From Acidobacteriota bacterium (GTDB taxonomy: Bacteria > Acidobacteriota > Blastocatellia > Pyrinomonadales > Pyrinomonadaceae), in assembly GCA_031409875.1 (NCBI GenBank), contig JANNYB010000133.1:4765-68764 (forward strand): a DNA stretch of 64,000 nt, given 5' to 3'. The notes beneath the pieces are model-generated. The model worked only from the letters and a program-made list of their open reading frames with translations, made no database searches and was not told the origin of the DNA. Positions 1 through 9,170 of this stretch are shown piece by piece. Made by a program: the position numbers and the translations under genes. The first letter of the stretch is position 1. The number at the start of each line of letters is the position of its first letter.

Positions 1-864
1 GACACAATTTGTTACGCCAAATTGATAAAGCGCAATCAAATCCAGATAACCTTCAACCAAAATCGCGTATTTTTTCTTGCGGATTTCGTCTTTCGATTGA
101 AAAAGTCCGTAAAGATTATCGCCTTTCGTATAAGCCGGAGTTTCGGGCGAATTCAAATATTTCGGTTCGCCGGTTTGCAAAATTCGCGCACCAAACGCCA
201 CCGGATTACCGTCCGCATTCAAAACCGGAAACATTATGCGCCCGCGAAAACGGTCATAAACTCGTTTCTTTTCTTCATTTATCGAAACCAAACCGCTCGT
301 TTCGATGAGCTTTTCGTCCGCGCCTTTCTCCTTGAGCAAAGACATCAGCGCGTCCCACGAATCAGGCGCGTAACCAATATGAAATTTTTTGATTATTTCA
401 TCAGAAATCTCTCGTTTTTCCAAATATTCACGCGCCGCTTTGCCGTCATTCGACTGCAAATTATTTTCCCAAAATTCAAGCGCGTAAGCGTTCAATTCAA
501 TAACTTGGTCGGCAATCGCTTTGCGTTCTTTTTTACGCTGTTTATTGCGCTCGTAATTTTTATCATCAATCGGCTCAGGCAACATCACGCCCGCAATTTC
601 CGCAACTCGTTTTATCGCTTCGGGAAAGTTCAAGCCTTCCATTTCCATCACGAAATTGTAAGCTGATCCGCCCTTGCCACAGCCGAAACACTTATAAAAA
701 CCTTTCGCCGGATTAACCGAAAAAGAAGCCGTCTTTTCACCGTGAAACGGACAATTTCCCCACCAATTCGCCCCTTTTTTCTTCAACGGAACGTGCATCT
801 CCACAATCCGCACAAGATCAGCGCGATTCTTCAAATCATCAATAAAATATTGGTCGTAGAGCAT
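1..864 (-). CDS. dnaG: DNA primase DnaG, N-terminal part (CHC2 zinc finger and start of TOPRIM core); 3' end lies beyond the window start
   Basis: Absent from the ORF track because it has no stop in the window. Manual minus-strand translation from ATG (864-862) gives MLYDQYFIDDLKNRADLVRIVEMHVPLKKKGANWWGNCPFHGEKTASFSVNPAKGFYKCFGCGKGGSAYNFVMEMEG. Further on it reads DRFRGRIMFPVLNADGNPVAFGARIL..GEPKYLNSPETPAYTKGDNLYGL..ILVEGYLDLIALYQFG, which are classic primase motifs. Plus-strand ORFs 9-308 and 22-666 are antisense artefacts. Confidence 0.93.
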   Translation of the reverse strand, partial: MLYDQYFIDDLKNRADLVRIVEMHVPLKKKGANWWGNCPFHGEKTASFSVNPAKGFYKCFGCGKGGSAYNFVMEMEGLNFPEAIKRVAEIAGVMLPEPIDDKNYERNKQRKKERKAIADQVIELNAYALEFWENNLQSNDGKAAREYLEKREISDEIIKKFHIGYAPDSWDALMSLLKEKGADEKLIETSGLVSINEEKKRVYDRFRGRIMFPVLNADGNPVAFGARILQTGEPKYLNSPETPAYTKGDNLYGLFQSKDEIRKKKYAILVEGYLDLIALYQFGVTNCV

Positions 865-944
865 TACGGATTCGGAAAACTAATAAGAATATTTAGATTA
901 TACTCAAAAGAAAATGAATTGCGAAAAACAATTAGCCGGAAAAT

Positions 945-1005
945 GTCCGACACGCTTTAGCTTGTCGAGATGCCGGCAGGTTCAACAAGCTAAAGCGTGT
1001 TGGAC
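945..1005. repeat. REP-like hairpin
   Basis: 21-nt arms GTCCGACACGCTTTAGCTTGT / ACAAGCTAAAGCGTGTTGGAC (one mismatch) around a 19-nt loop. It shares the CACGCTTTAGC core with the element at 19658-19796. Confidence 0.8.
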
Positions 1006-1243
1006 TTTTTAATCAAATGTTTTCGCAACCCAATTCTTATTTGGTATAGAACATATTTCGCAAATTGACTAAAAAAGGAAAATTCGTTTGTGAGAAATAA
1101 AATAATATGGTTAAAATTATTTACCTCCGAAATCGGAAACAATCAGATAGAAAGTTTAGTCTAAATGATTGAAATTCCAAAACTCTCTGTGAGAAAACAA
1201 AGATTTTAACAGAAACAACTTCTTGTAAATTAAACTGTCGGCG

Positions 1244-1795
1244 TTGGCGAATATGACGAATGAATCTTTCCGAATTTTGCTCGAAGCTCTGAAATCGCAT
1301 TCAAACGATGCGGGCGGAGCTTACACGAATTTGCGAAATTCGCTGGTCAGATATTTTCAAATCAAAGGTGATACTGAAGCGGACGAAGCGGCAGACGAAG
1401 TATTGGACAGAGTTGCGCTCAAACTTTCGCAAAATACTGAAATTAAGAATTTGACTGCATACAGTTTCGGCGTGGCGCAGATAATTTACTTGGAGCGTTT
1501 GCGAACGGCAGCGAAAAATAAAAAGGCGCAAACCGAATTTTACGCCGCTCGTGAAAGACAATCCGACGACGATTTACAAGACGATTTGATATATTTTAGA
1601 GAATGTTTTCAAAAATTATCGGTTGAAGAAAAGAAGTTTATGCAAGATTATTTTCCCGAATTGCCGTTCACCGAATTAACTTCGCACCGCGAAAAATTGT
1701 GTGTCGAAAAAAAACTTTCGATTAATAATCTGCGAATAAAAATTTACCGTCTGAAACAGCGTCTCGAAGATTGCGTCAGGAGAAAACTGCCGTAA
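1244..1795 (+). CDS. sigma-70/ECF-like transcription factor (tentative)
   Basis: 183-aa ORF (TTG 1244, or ATG 1253). Helical protein with a region-2-like N-half (DEAADEVLDRVALKL) and a region-4-like HTH C-half (LSVEEKKFMQDYF..LSINNLRIKIYRLKQRLEDCV). It is followed by a single-pass membrane protein, as in sigma/anti-sigma pairs. Confidence 0.5.
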   Translation: MANMTNESFRILLEALKSHSNDAGGAYTNLRNSLVRYFQIKGDTEADEAADEVLDRVALKLSQNTEIKNLTAYSFGVAQIIYLERLRTAAKNKKAQTEFYAARERQSDDDLQDDLIYFRECFQKLSVEEKKFMQDYFPELPFTELTSHREKLCVEKKLSINNLRIKIYRLKQRLEDCVRRKLP

Positions 1796-1830
1796 TGTTT
1801 TAGCCAAAGTTAAAAAAATAATTTTCGGTG

Positions 1831-2020
1831 TTTGTCGCTGAAAGCGACCGACATTATAGCCTAGCGAGAATCGCTAGGTCAGCGTTAAAGTGTTTTCCGT
1901 CGCTGAAGGCGACGAACAAAACGTGCGGAGATTGTGGCTCGCTTTCAGCGAGCGAACGATGTGTCGAAATTACCCAGCGATTCTCGCTAGGCTATAATGT
2001 TCGTCACTTTCAGCGACAAA
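1831..2020. repeat. 190-bp MITE-like nested palindrome, copy A (second copy at 50196-50390)
   Basis: ~48-nt terminal inverted repeats TTTGTCGCTGAAAGCGAC..ACATTATAGCCTAGCGAGAATCGCTAGG, each made of two small hairpins. The asymmetric core is the reverse complement of the core of copy B. ORF 1828-2085 inside it is spurious. Confidence 0.85.
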
Positions 2021-2097
2021 ACCCAAAACAATTTGAAAAAATATTTGAAATTTTGTCAAAAAAAAATACACTTAAAGACAACTGACCGAAAAAAAAC

Positions 2098-2991
2098 GTG
2101 AACGACGATAAAGCAAAAGAATATTTTTTAGGAAAACTCGACGAATCCGAAGCCGAAAATTTCGTAATTGAAACGGCTTCGAGCGGTGAGTTGACCGAAC
2201 ACGCCCGAATGATCGAAAGCGAATTGCTTGAAGCCTATTTGCGCGGCGGACTTTCGGCGGACGAAAGCCGTCTGTTTGAAAAAAACTATTTAATCACCGA
2301 AGCGCGGCGGCAAAAATTGAGATTCGCGCAGGTTCTTCAACAAAATATTAACAGTCAAACCGACGAATTTGTGCCGCAGATTTCGTTTTGGGAAAAACTT
2401 TTTGCCTTCAAACAACTTAAAATCGCTTTCGCCGCAATTATTTTAATCGGATTTTCAGCCGCAATGTTTTGGCTTCTCAAATCCGATTCAAAAAAAGAAA
2501 CTGAAATTGTCGAACAAAAAAACACCGCGCCAACGCCGACTCCGAAAATCGAAAATCAACGCATCGAAATTAGCCCGACTCCGGCAAATAACACTCAAAA
2601 AACAAATAATTCGCCCGTTAATAAACCGCTCAAAGAACCTTCGCCGACCGCAATGCCGAAACCCGCCCAACCGATATTTGCGAGCTTTACGCTTCTGCCC
2701 GGAGCTTTGCGAAACGAAGGCGAACAATTTATAAAACTTTTGCCGAACACAAACAAAGTCAATCTTCGCTTGAGCTTGCCGAAAGAAGCCGCGAAATATG
2801 ACACATACTCGATCAGCGTTAAAAACGCGAACGGCGAAACTGTCTTTTCCGCCGAAAACTCAAAATCAACCGCGCTCACCGTCCCCGCCGCCAAACTTGA
2901 AAACGATGTCTATATTATTTTTCTAAAAGGAAATAACCCGCAAAAAAACGCCGAATCCATCGCCGAATACACCTTTCGCGTGAGCCGCTAA
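2098..2991 (+). CDS. single-pass membrane protein, putative anti-sigma factor
   Basis: GTG start. Cytoplasmic helical N-domain (~95 aa), TM helix IAFAAIILIGFSAAMFWLL, P/T/K-rich linker and a C-terminal beta-rich domain. Position immediately downstream of the sigma-like gene. Confidence 0.45.
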   Translation: MNDDKAKEYFLGKLDESEAENFVIETASSGELTEHARMIESELLEAYLRGGLSADESRLFEKNYLITEARRQKLRFAQVLQQNINSQTDEFVPQISFWEKLFAFKQLKIAFAAIILIGFSAAMFWLLKSDSKKETEIVEQKNTAPTPTPKIENQRIEISPTPANNTQKTNNSPVNKPLKEPSPTAMPKPAQPIFASFTLLPGALRNEGEQFIKLLPNTNKVNLRLSLPKEAAKYDTYSISVKNANGETVFSAENSKSTALTVPAAKLENDVYIIFLKGNNPQKNAESIAEYTFRVSR

Positions 2992-3090
2992 AAAAATAAA
3001 AAATTATTTTTTCATATCTGTAATTTTCTGCTGATTTTCGACACTCGTTAATAGAAAGCTAAAAATCTAAAAAACACTTGGGAGAAAATT

Positions 3091-4246
3091 ATGGGAAATT
3101 TATGGTCAGACAAATTGAACAATCTAATCAATGTCGGAAGTTCGATTACACACAATTATGATCCGCACGAATCAACTATCAAACTTTTAGGAAACAAAAC
3201 AATCTACCTTAAATCCGATATGTCAGCCGATGCGGACGGCTCACCGCGGGCAACTCAAATAGACCCGGATGGACAACTCGAAACTTCTTTGAGAAAGACA
3301 AACGGCTGGAAAGGGGAAGGCGATAATGTTAATGCCGAAAAAATCCCGTATTTCGTTTTGCCCGGAAACTTCAAAACCGTTACGAATGTTTCCTGCAAGT
3401 TGGGTGATAGCTTTGGTTCGCTACAAAGATCAGGAAGTTTTCGCAATCTACGCCGATGCGGGACCCAAAACGCTTTTGGGAGAAGGCTCTATCAAATTAA
3501 TTGAAGCACTCGGCGGAAATCCTTGGAACCGTGATAAAACGAAAATTGTTCGGGGAATTGAATTCGGAGTCGAATATCTGGCGTTTCCGCGTTCGTCCGA
3601 AACATTCGGTATTCCGACGACTTTTGACGAAATTCAGAAAGTCGGGCGCAAGGTCTTTAAAGCCACATTTGATCTTGCAGTTGAAAATGCTCCTGGTGGA
3701 CAAAACAGCGATACTTTTTTAGAACTCGCCGACACGGTAAATCAAAGCGTTCCGGCGCAAAGACTTGTCGAGTATAAACTCCAAAATAGTCCGAGCGGCA
3801 ATCCGAGTTATTGGGCGATTGTTGATTTTAATCAGCCTTCGACGAAAAAGCGTTTTTATCTTTTCGATACGAAGGAAAAGAAAATCGTTCAATACTACGT
3901 CGCGCACGGCAAAGGTTCGGAAGGCACAACCGACGACGCAATGGCGGACGTTTTTTCAAATATTTCGGGTTCAAATTGTTCATCTTTGGGCATTTACCGT
4001 TGCGATAAACCATATCAAGGCGGACACGGTTTGTCATTATTGCTCGACGGTTTGGAAGACACGAATTCAAATGCCCGGGCGCGGAAGATTGTCCTGCACA
4101 ACGCTATTTACGTTTCCGACGCACACATCGCCGCACACGGACGCATCGGACGCTCGGAAGGCTGTTTCGTCGTCGAAAAATCGGTCAGCGAAACTTTGAT
4201 TAATGAACTCAAAAACGGTTCGTATTTAATTGCTTGGAAGCAATAA
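3091..4246 (+). pseudogene. frameshifted gene: N-terminal secreted-hydrolase-like domain fused to a YkuD_2-type L,D-transpeptidase-like domain
   Basis: ORFs 3091-3504 and 3326-4246 overlap in different frames. The domain sequence continues across frames (..VSCKLGD | ALVRYKDQEVFAIYADAGPK..) if one base near 3409 (GGT GAT A GCT) is removed. The C-terminal half (FYLFDTKEKK..YYVAHGKGSEG..FSNISGSNCSSLGIYRC..YQGGHGLSLLLDGLE..NSNARARKIVLHNAIYV..GRIGRSEGCFVV) matches the YkuD_2 pattern. The N-terminal domain assignment is weak. Confidence 0.65.
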
Positions 4247-4258
4247 ATTAAGGAGAAT

Positions 4259-5843
4259 ATGATGAAACAAACTATTACAAACATAAACGCGCTGCTTGCA
4301 CCGCGCATCGTTAAATTTATGATCGACTGCGCTCAATCAGGCGCGCCGGTCAGGAATAATAAACAAATGAAAATTGATGTTGTCGGGTATATCCGAGCCG
4401 TGTTTGGTTCAGTCACTGTCGCCGCAATTATCTGCTGCGCGTTTGCAATGCTGGCGTTGGTCAGCCCAGCGAACGCGCAAACAACGCTCGACACGGCTTT
4501 CAACCCTGATGCTAACGCCAGGGTTTGGACGACAGCGGTTCAGCCGGACGGGAAGATTATCATTGGTGGTCTTTTTACAACGGTTGGCGGAGTGACGCGC
4601 AATCGCATCGCCCGCGTGAATGCAGACGGTTCGCTCGACACGGCTTTCAACCCTGATGTTGGCGGCAGCAGCAGTAGTGTTCTTGCGATAGCGGTTCAGC
4701 CGGACGGGAAGATTATCATTGGTGGTTTTTTTACAGCAGTTAGCGGAGTGACGCGCAACTTTATCGCCCGTTTAAACGCGGACGGTTCGCTCGACACGCT
4801 TTCAACCCTAATGTTGATGGCTTCGTTGGTGCGATTTTCGCGCCCTTCGGCAGAGCGCAATCAATACACCTTTCAACCCTAATGTTGATGGCTTCGTTGG
4901 TGCGATAGCGATTCAGCCGGACGGGAAGATTATCATTGGTGGTAATTTTAGAACAGTTAGCGGAGTGGCGCGCAACAGCATCGCCCGCCTGAAAGCGATG
5001 CGAACTACTGCCTCCGACTTTGACGGCGACGGAAGGTCGGATATTTCAGTCTTTCGACCCGCATTAGGCGAATGGTGGTATTCAAAATCATCAAACGGGG
5101 GAAATGCCGCTGTCCAATTTGGTTCTTCGAGCGACAAAATTGTTCCGGCTGATTATACCGGCGACGGCAAAACCGATTTTGCTTTTTGGCGACCTTCAAA
5201 CGGGCAATGGTTTATTTTGCGCTCGGAAGATTTTTCATTCTTTGCGTTTCCGTTCGGAATTTCGACTGATGTTCCCGTGCCGGCTGACTATGACGGCGAT
5301 GGCAAAGCTGATGCGGCAGTTTTTCGTCCGTCAAATTTGACTTGGTATATCTCGAAATCAACGGGCGGAACTCAAATTACGACTTTCGGCGCAGCGGGCG
5401 ATAAGCCTGTTGTGGCTGATTACGACGGTGACGGGAAAGCCGATATTGCGATTTTCCGACTGAACGGCGCAAACGTGGCGGAATGGTGGATTAGTCGAAG
5501 TTCAAACGGCAGCGTCTTTGCGCTCCAATTCGGCAATGCAAATGACAAACCTGTGCAGGGCGATTATACGGGCGACGGCAAATCTGACATTGCTGTTTTC
5601 CGACCGTCAAATGGCAATTGGTTTATCCTGCGAAGCGAAAATCTTTCGTTTTACTCGTTTCCTTTCGGCACCGGAACGGACATTGTTGCGCCGGGTGATT
5701 ATGACGGCGACGGTAAGTTTGATGCGGCGGTGTTCCGACCTTCAAATTTGAACTGGTATGTTCAACGCTCAACGGCAGGAACACTAATTCAACAATTCGG
5801 AATCGCCGGAGATTTGCCTGTGCCAAATGCTTTTGTTCCGTAG
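4259..5843 (+). pseudogene. secreted delta-60-repeat / FG-GAP (VCBS) repeat protein, reading frame broken at 4799-4906
   Basis: N-terminal TM/signal. Repeats [43 protein letters not shown], then at least 6 FG-GAP-like repeats (DYDGDGK.D.AVFRPSN..WYI). ORFs 4259-4882 and 4965-5843 are in different frames. A 37-nt string CTTTCAACCCTAATGTTGATGGCTTCGTTGGTGCGAT occurs twice, 71 nt apart (4799 and 4870), and one G is missing relative to the canonical GACACGGCTTTCAAC. Confidence 0.7.
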
Positions 5844-5851
5844 GATATAAT

Positions 5852-5901
5852 AAGCATCGAAAAGCCTTCGTTTAGCTTAAGCCGAGGCTTTTTCGATGCT
5901 T
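5852..5901. terminator. bidirectional hairpin terminator between convergent genes
   Basis: AAGCATCGAAAAGCCTTCG / CCGAGGCTTTTTCGATGCTT stem with an ~11-nt loop, located between the stops at 5843 (+) and 5945 (-). Confidence 0.75.
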
Positions 5902-5944
5902 GACTTTGAAAATTAAAAAGCCGTTTTCGTGTTATTCGTAATTT

Positions 5945-8900
5945 TTAACGCCATTCTCCCGTTAGAACAAAGCCAGCCCAGAAGCGTGGATGTGAAAAGC
6001 GCGGGATTTGGCGGAGTTCGTTTTGAGCCGTTTGCAATGCTGCCGACGGCTTTTTGTTTTCTTTGATGAGTGCGCGGTAAAATCTTGCCATTAGTTCGGC
6101 GGTTGCTGCGTCGTCAACTTTCCAAAGCGTGGCGATAATGCGCGGCGTGCCGATGGCGAGAAAGCCGCGTGTCAGCCCAAAAACACCTTCGTTTTCAAAC
6201 TGTTTTCCCAAACCTGTCTGACACGCGCTCAGGACAACCATTTGCGGTTTAATTTTGAGCAGATATAAATCTTGAGTTCGTAAAAATCCGTTTTGCGAAT
6301 TACCTTTTTCGTCAAATAACGATAAAACCAAGCCGGAAAGTTCGGGATGTTCATTGTTAAGAAAGCCGTGCGTGGCAAAATGCAAAATGTCGAAACGGTC
6401 AAACTCACCATTTAAAAGTCGTTCGCGGCTGGCTTTAAAATCTAGATTTAAACTTGTATCGGGCAAAGAATTGGCAGCAATATTTTCGGCTTCGAGGCGC
6501 GTGAATGGCAAGCGCGAAAGCGTCGTTAAATTAAAATCACGCAAAACGGCTGATAAATCCGTCGAAACCGTTTCTTTTTTCTGTCGTTTATTTTTTGCCA
6601 GACGCGCATCGTTCGCTGAAAAAACCGGATCGGCAATAATTGCTATCGAACGCGGCGCGAAAGGTTTGTTGTTGTTTTGACGCAGAATATGCAAAGTAGT
6701 GAGCGAAGGCAAAAGCACGGAATCGAATTTTTCCGCCAAATAAATCTTTTTATTTTGAGTTTCATCAAAAAAAGTCAAACTCGCAAACGGCACGAGATTT
6801 AAAGCTCCGTCCGTTGCAAAAACAATTCGTTTTGCCGGAATTTGCGCCAATGTTTTGATTAAAAGCATTTCGCCGAGTTTTTCGGATTCGACGGCGGAAT
6901 CTTTTTTGACGGCGGAATTATTTTTCGCACGATTTTTTCCAATCGGGCGATTTGTGCCGTTGTCGTTTTGGCTTAAAGTTTCGTAAAAGTTTTTGGCTTG
7001 CGCTTCGATTTCAGAGCGTTTCGGCAGCTCAAAACTTTGAAACGAATTTTTGCCGACAATCCATAAATAACTGCGCTGTGTGCCGAGCGAATATTCCACC
7101 AAAACCGTGTTATCATCAAGTTCCGCTTGCATTTCCGGCAACGAAAGCGTCGGCGGTTGCGCGAGATTTGAAAGATTCGGATTGCTTTCTCGAAGTTCGG
7201 CTTTTAATGTTTCGTCTTCTTTATTGAGCGCGGCGATGGTTTTTTCGATTTCGTCAATATTGTCTGTTTGATTAGCGTCGCTTTGCGCTTTTGCGAGCAA
7301 ACTTAATTGTTCGCCGATTTGCTGCTGAACTTTTTGAATTCGTTGAATAATCTGAAAATCAACCGATTGCGGCGTGTTTTTCAACGCCTCACGATATTGC
7401 CAAATAAGCGTTCGCATTCGCGCATTTTCGCTCACTTGCAACGCTTGCAACGCAAAATTTTCGTTCGGACGTTCTTTTTCCAAACGCATCAAAATATCAA
7501 TATACAAATCAAAAAATCGTCGCCGCTGATCTATAAATCTCGTTAAACGACGGAGATTATTATGTTTTGCCTGTTCGTATTCGTGAAGTTGTAATGCGCG
7601 TTCGATTTTTGTTTTGGCAGCATCCAGTTGATTTTCGACGCTTTCGAGCATCGCTAATTGATACAAAGCCGTCGCTTCGCCGCCGATGTCGCCTGACCGA
7701 CGATATAAACTTTGCGCTTTCTCCAAATCGCGGCGCGATTCCGCAAACTTTGAAAGTTGACGGTTCGCCGTGCCGCGACTCAGATACAAAGTGCGATACA
7801 GCGTTAAATCTTTATTTTCAAACAACGCAAAGCATTGATCGTAAATTTGTAGAGCTTTCGGAAAATCACCTTTTTCGCGGTAAATATGCGCCACAAGAAT
7901 CAAAATATCGAACTGATTTGTGCGGTCGTCAAATTCTTGGCTAATCGGCAAAGTTTTTTGAAAAACTTTCAGAGCTTCATCAAATTTTTTCAGACTGTGT
8001 AAAACCATTCCGAGAAAAGTTAATGAGATCGCTTGCCCGCGCCGATTGCCGAATTTTTCGCGTAAATCAGCGGCAATTTGAAAATTTTTCGCCGCCGCTT
8101 CCATTTCATCCGAATTAAATTCGAAAAGTCCGAGCAGATGTCGCGTTTGTGCTTCGTTGTAAATATCGGGAAATTGGCGAAGATTTTCTAACGCTTCATC
8201 AAATAATTTTTGAGCTTTTTCATACTCGCCATCTGTCTGATAAAAAAAGGCTAAGGCAGTCAAAATATTAACTTGTCGCGGCGATGGCGTGGAAAATAAG
8301 GCGAGAGCTTTCTGCATTGTGGCGATTGATTCGGCAAATTCGCCGCGTGAGTTTTGAATTTGTCCGATTTGATAAAATGCGTCGGATTTATGCAAATCGT
8401 TTTCCGCCGAATCTGGAAATGCCAAAACTTTGTTGGCAAATTCGAGCGATTTTTCAGAATTCCCCAAAATCCGATTTAGATATGATAAAACTGAAAGCGT
8501 CTTAATTTCACCGTTTTTATCGTCAATTTCGCGCCACAGCTTCAGCAAATTTTCAAAAATTTCGGCTGATTTTTTTCGGTCGGAAGTTTTTCCCGTGGCG
8601 CGTAAAATTTGCGCTTGCGAAAATAATTTTTCAGCTTCGGCGCGTTTCAAATCGGCGGGCAATGCGCGTTTTAAATCATCGAATTTTATGTCAACAAAAC
8701 CAATTTCATCAGGAAATTTCGCCGTGATTTCAAGCCGATAAATTCCGCCGGATTCGGCAACGACAAAGATTTTCTCAACATCTTGCTCGCTAAACGGATA
8801 ATCCGATTCGCCGACCGAAACGCCCGCAGGATTAAACAATTTGACTTTCACATCAACGCCGTTTTGTTTGATTCCAATCGAAATTACATCTTGATTTTCA

Positions 8901-9049
8901 GCCTTAACATTAAATGATTGCGAACCGTTTTTGATGTATAAATTTTCGCTTGATCGAAGATTTTTAGTCTGCGCCGAAATAAAACCAACGCCAAAAAACA
9001 TCGCCATCAAAGCAAAAAATAATTTCTTTGTAACGATAAAACCGAGCAT
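5945..9049 (-). CDS. CHAT-domain protein with TPR repeats (secreted or membrane-anchored)
   Basis: 1034 aa. N-terminal signal/anchor, beta-sandwich-like region, long TPR-like helical repeats. C-terminal CHAT His/Cys dyad (ILHFATHGFLN .. MVVLSACQTGLGK). Confidence 0.9.
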   Translation of the reverse strand: MLGFIVTKKLFFALMAMFFGVGFISAQTKNLRSSENLYIKNGSQSFNVKAENQDVISIGIKQNGVDVKVKLFNPAGVSVGESDYPFSEQDVEKIFVVAESGGIYRLEITAKFPDEIGFVDIKFDDLKRALPADLKRAEAEKLFSQAQILRATGKTSDRKKSAEIFENLLKLWREIDDKNGEIKTLSVLSYLNRILGNSEKSLEFANKVLAFPDSAENDLHKSDAFYQIGQIQNSRGEFAESIATMQKALALFSTPSPRQVNILTALAFFYQTDGEYEKAQKLFDEALENLRQFPDIYNEAQTRHLLGLFEFNSDEMEAAAKNFQIAADLREKFGNRRGQAISLTFLGMVLHSLKKFDEALKVFQKTLPISQEFDDRTNQFDILILVAHIYREKGDFPKALQIYDQCFALFENKDLTLYRTLYLSRGTANRQLSKFAESRRDLEKAQSLYRRSGDIGGEATALYQLAMLESVENQLDAAKTKIERALQLHEYEQAKHNNLRRLTRFIDQRRRFFDLYIDILMRLEKERPNENFALQALQVSENARMRTLIWQYREALKNTPQSVDFQIIQRIQKVQQQIGEQLSLLAKAQSDANQTDNIDEIEKTIAALNKEDETLKAELRESNPNLSNLAQPPTLSLPEMQAELDDNTVLVEYSLGTQRSYLWIVGKNSFQSFELPKRSEIEAQAKNFYETLSQNDNGTNRPIGKNRAKNNSAVKKDSAVESEKLGEMLLIKTLAQIPAKRIVFATDGALNLVPFASLTFFDETQNKKIYLAEKFDSVLLPSLTTLHILRQNNNKPFAPRSIAIIADPVFSANDARLAKNKRQKKETVSTDLSAVLRDFNLTTLSRLPFTRLEAENIAANSLPDTSLNLDFKASRERLLNGEFDRFDILHFATHGFLNNEHPELSGLVLSLFDEKGNSQNGFLRTQDLYLLKIKPQMVVLSACQTGLGKQFENEGVFGLTRGFLAIGTPRIIATLWKVDDAATAELMARFYRALIKENKKPSAALQTAQNELRQIPRFSHPRFWAGFVLTGEWR

Positions 9050-9170
9050 AATCTATTTATTATGAAGCACTTACAAATATAAATCCGCACCGAAAAAAAA
9101 GCAATATTTAAAACAATACGACTTTTCAAATTATCCATAAAACATTAGTCGTAGAGCATTTACGAAAAAG

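Noticed and set aside
22-666. 214-aa plus-strand ORF (and ORF 9-308)
   Set aside because: Low-complexity Arg/Phe-rich translation that is antisense to a clear dnaG reading frame with canonical primase motifs.
1828-2085. 85-aa ORF
   Set aside because: It lies entirely within the 190-bp palindromic repeat, so the translation is an artefact of the repeat. The same applies to ORFs 57934-58179, 57938-58276, 46881-47279, 47238-47501 and 47246-47509.
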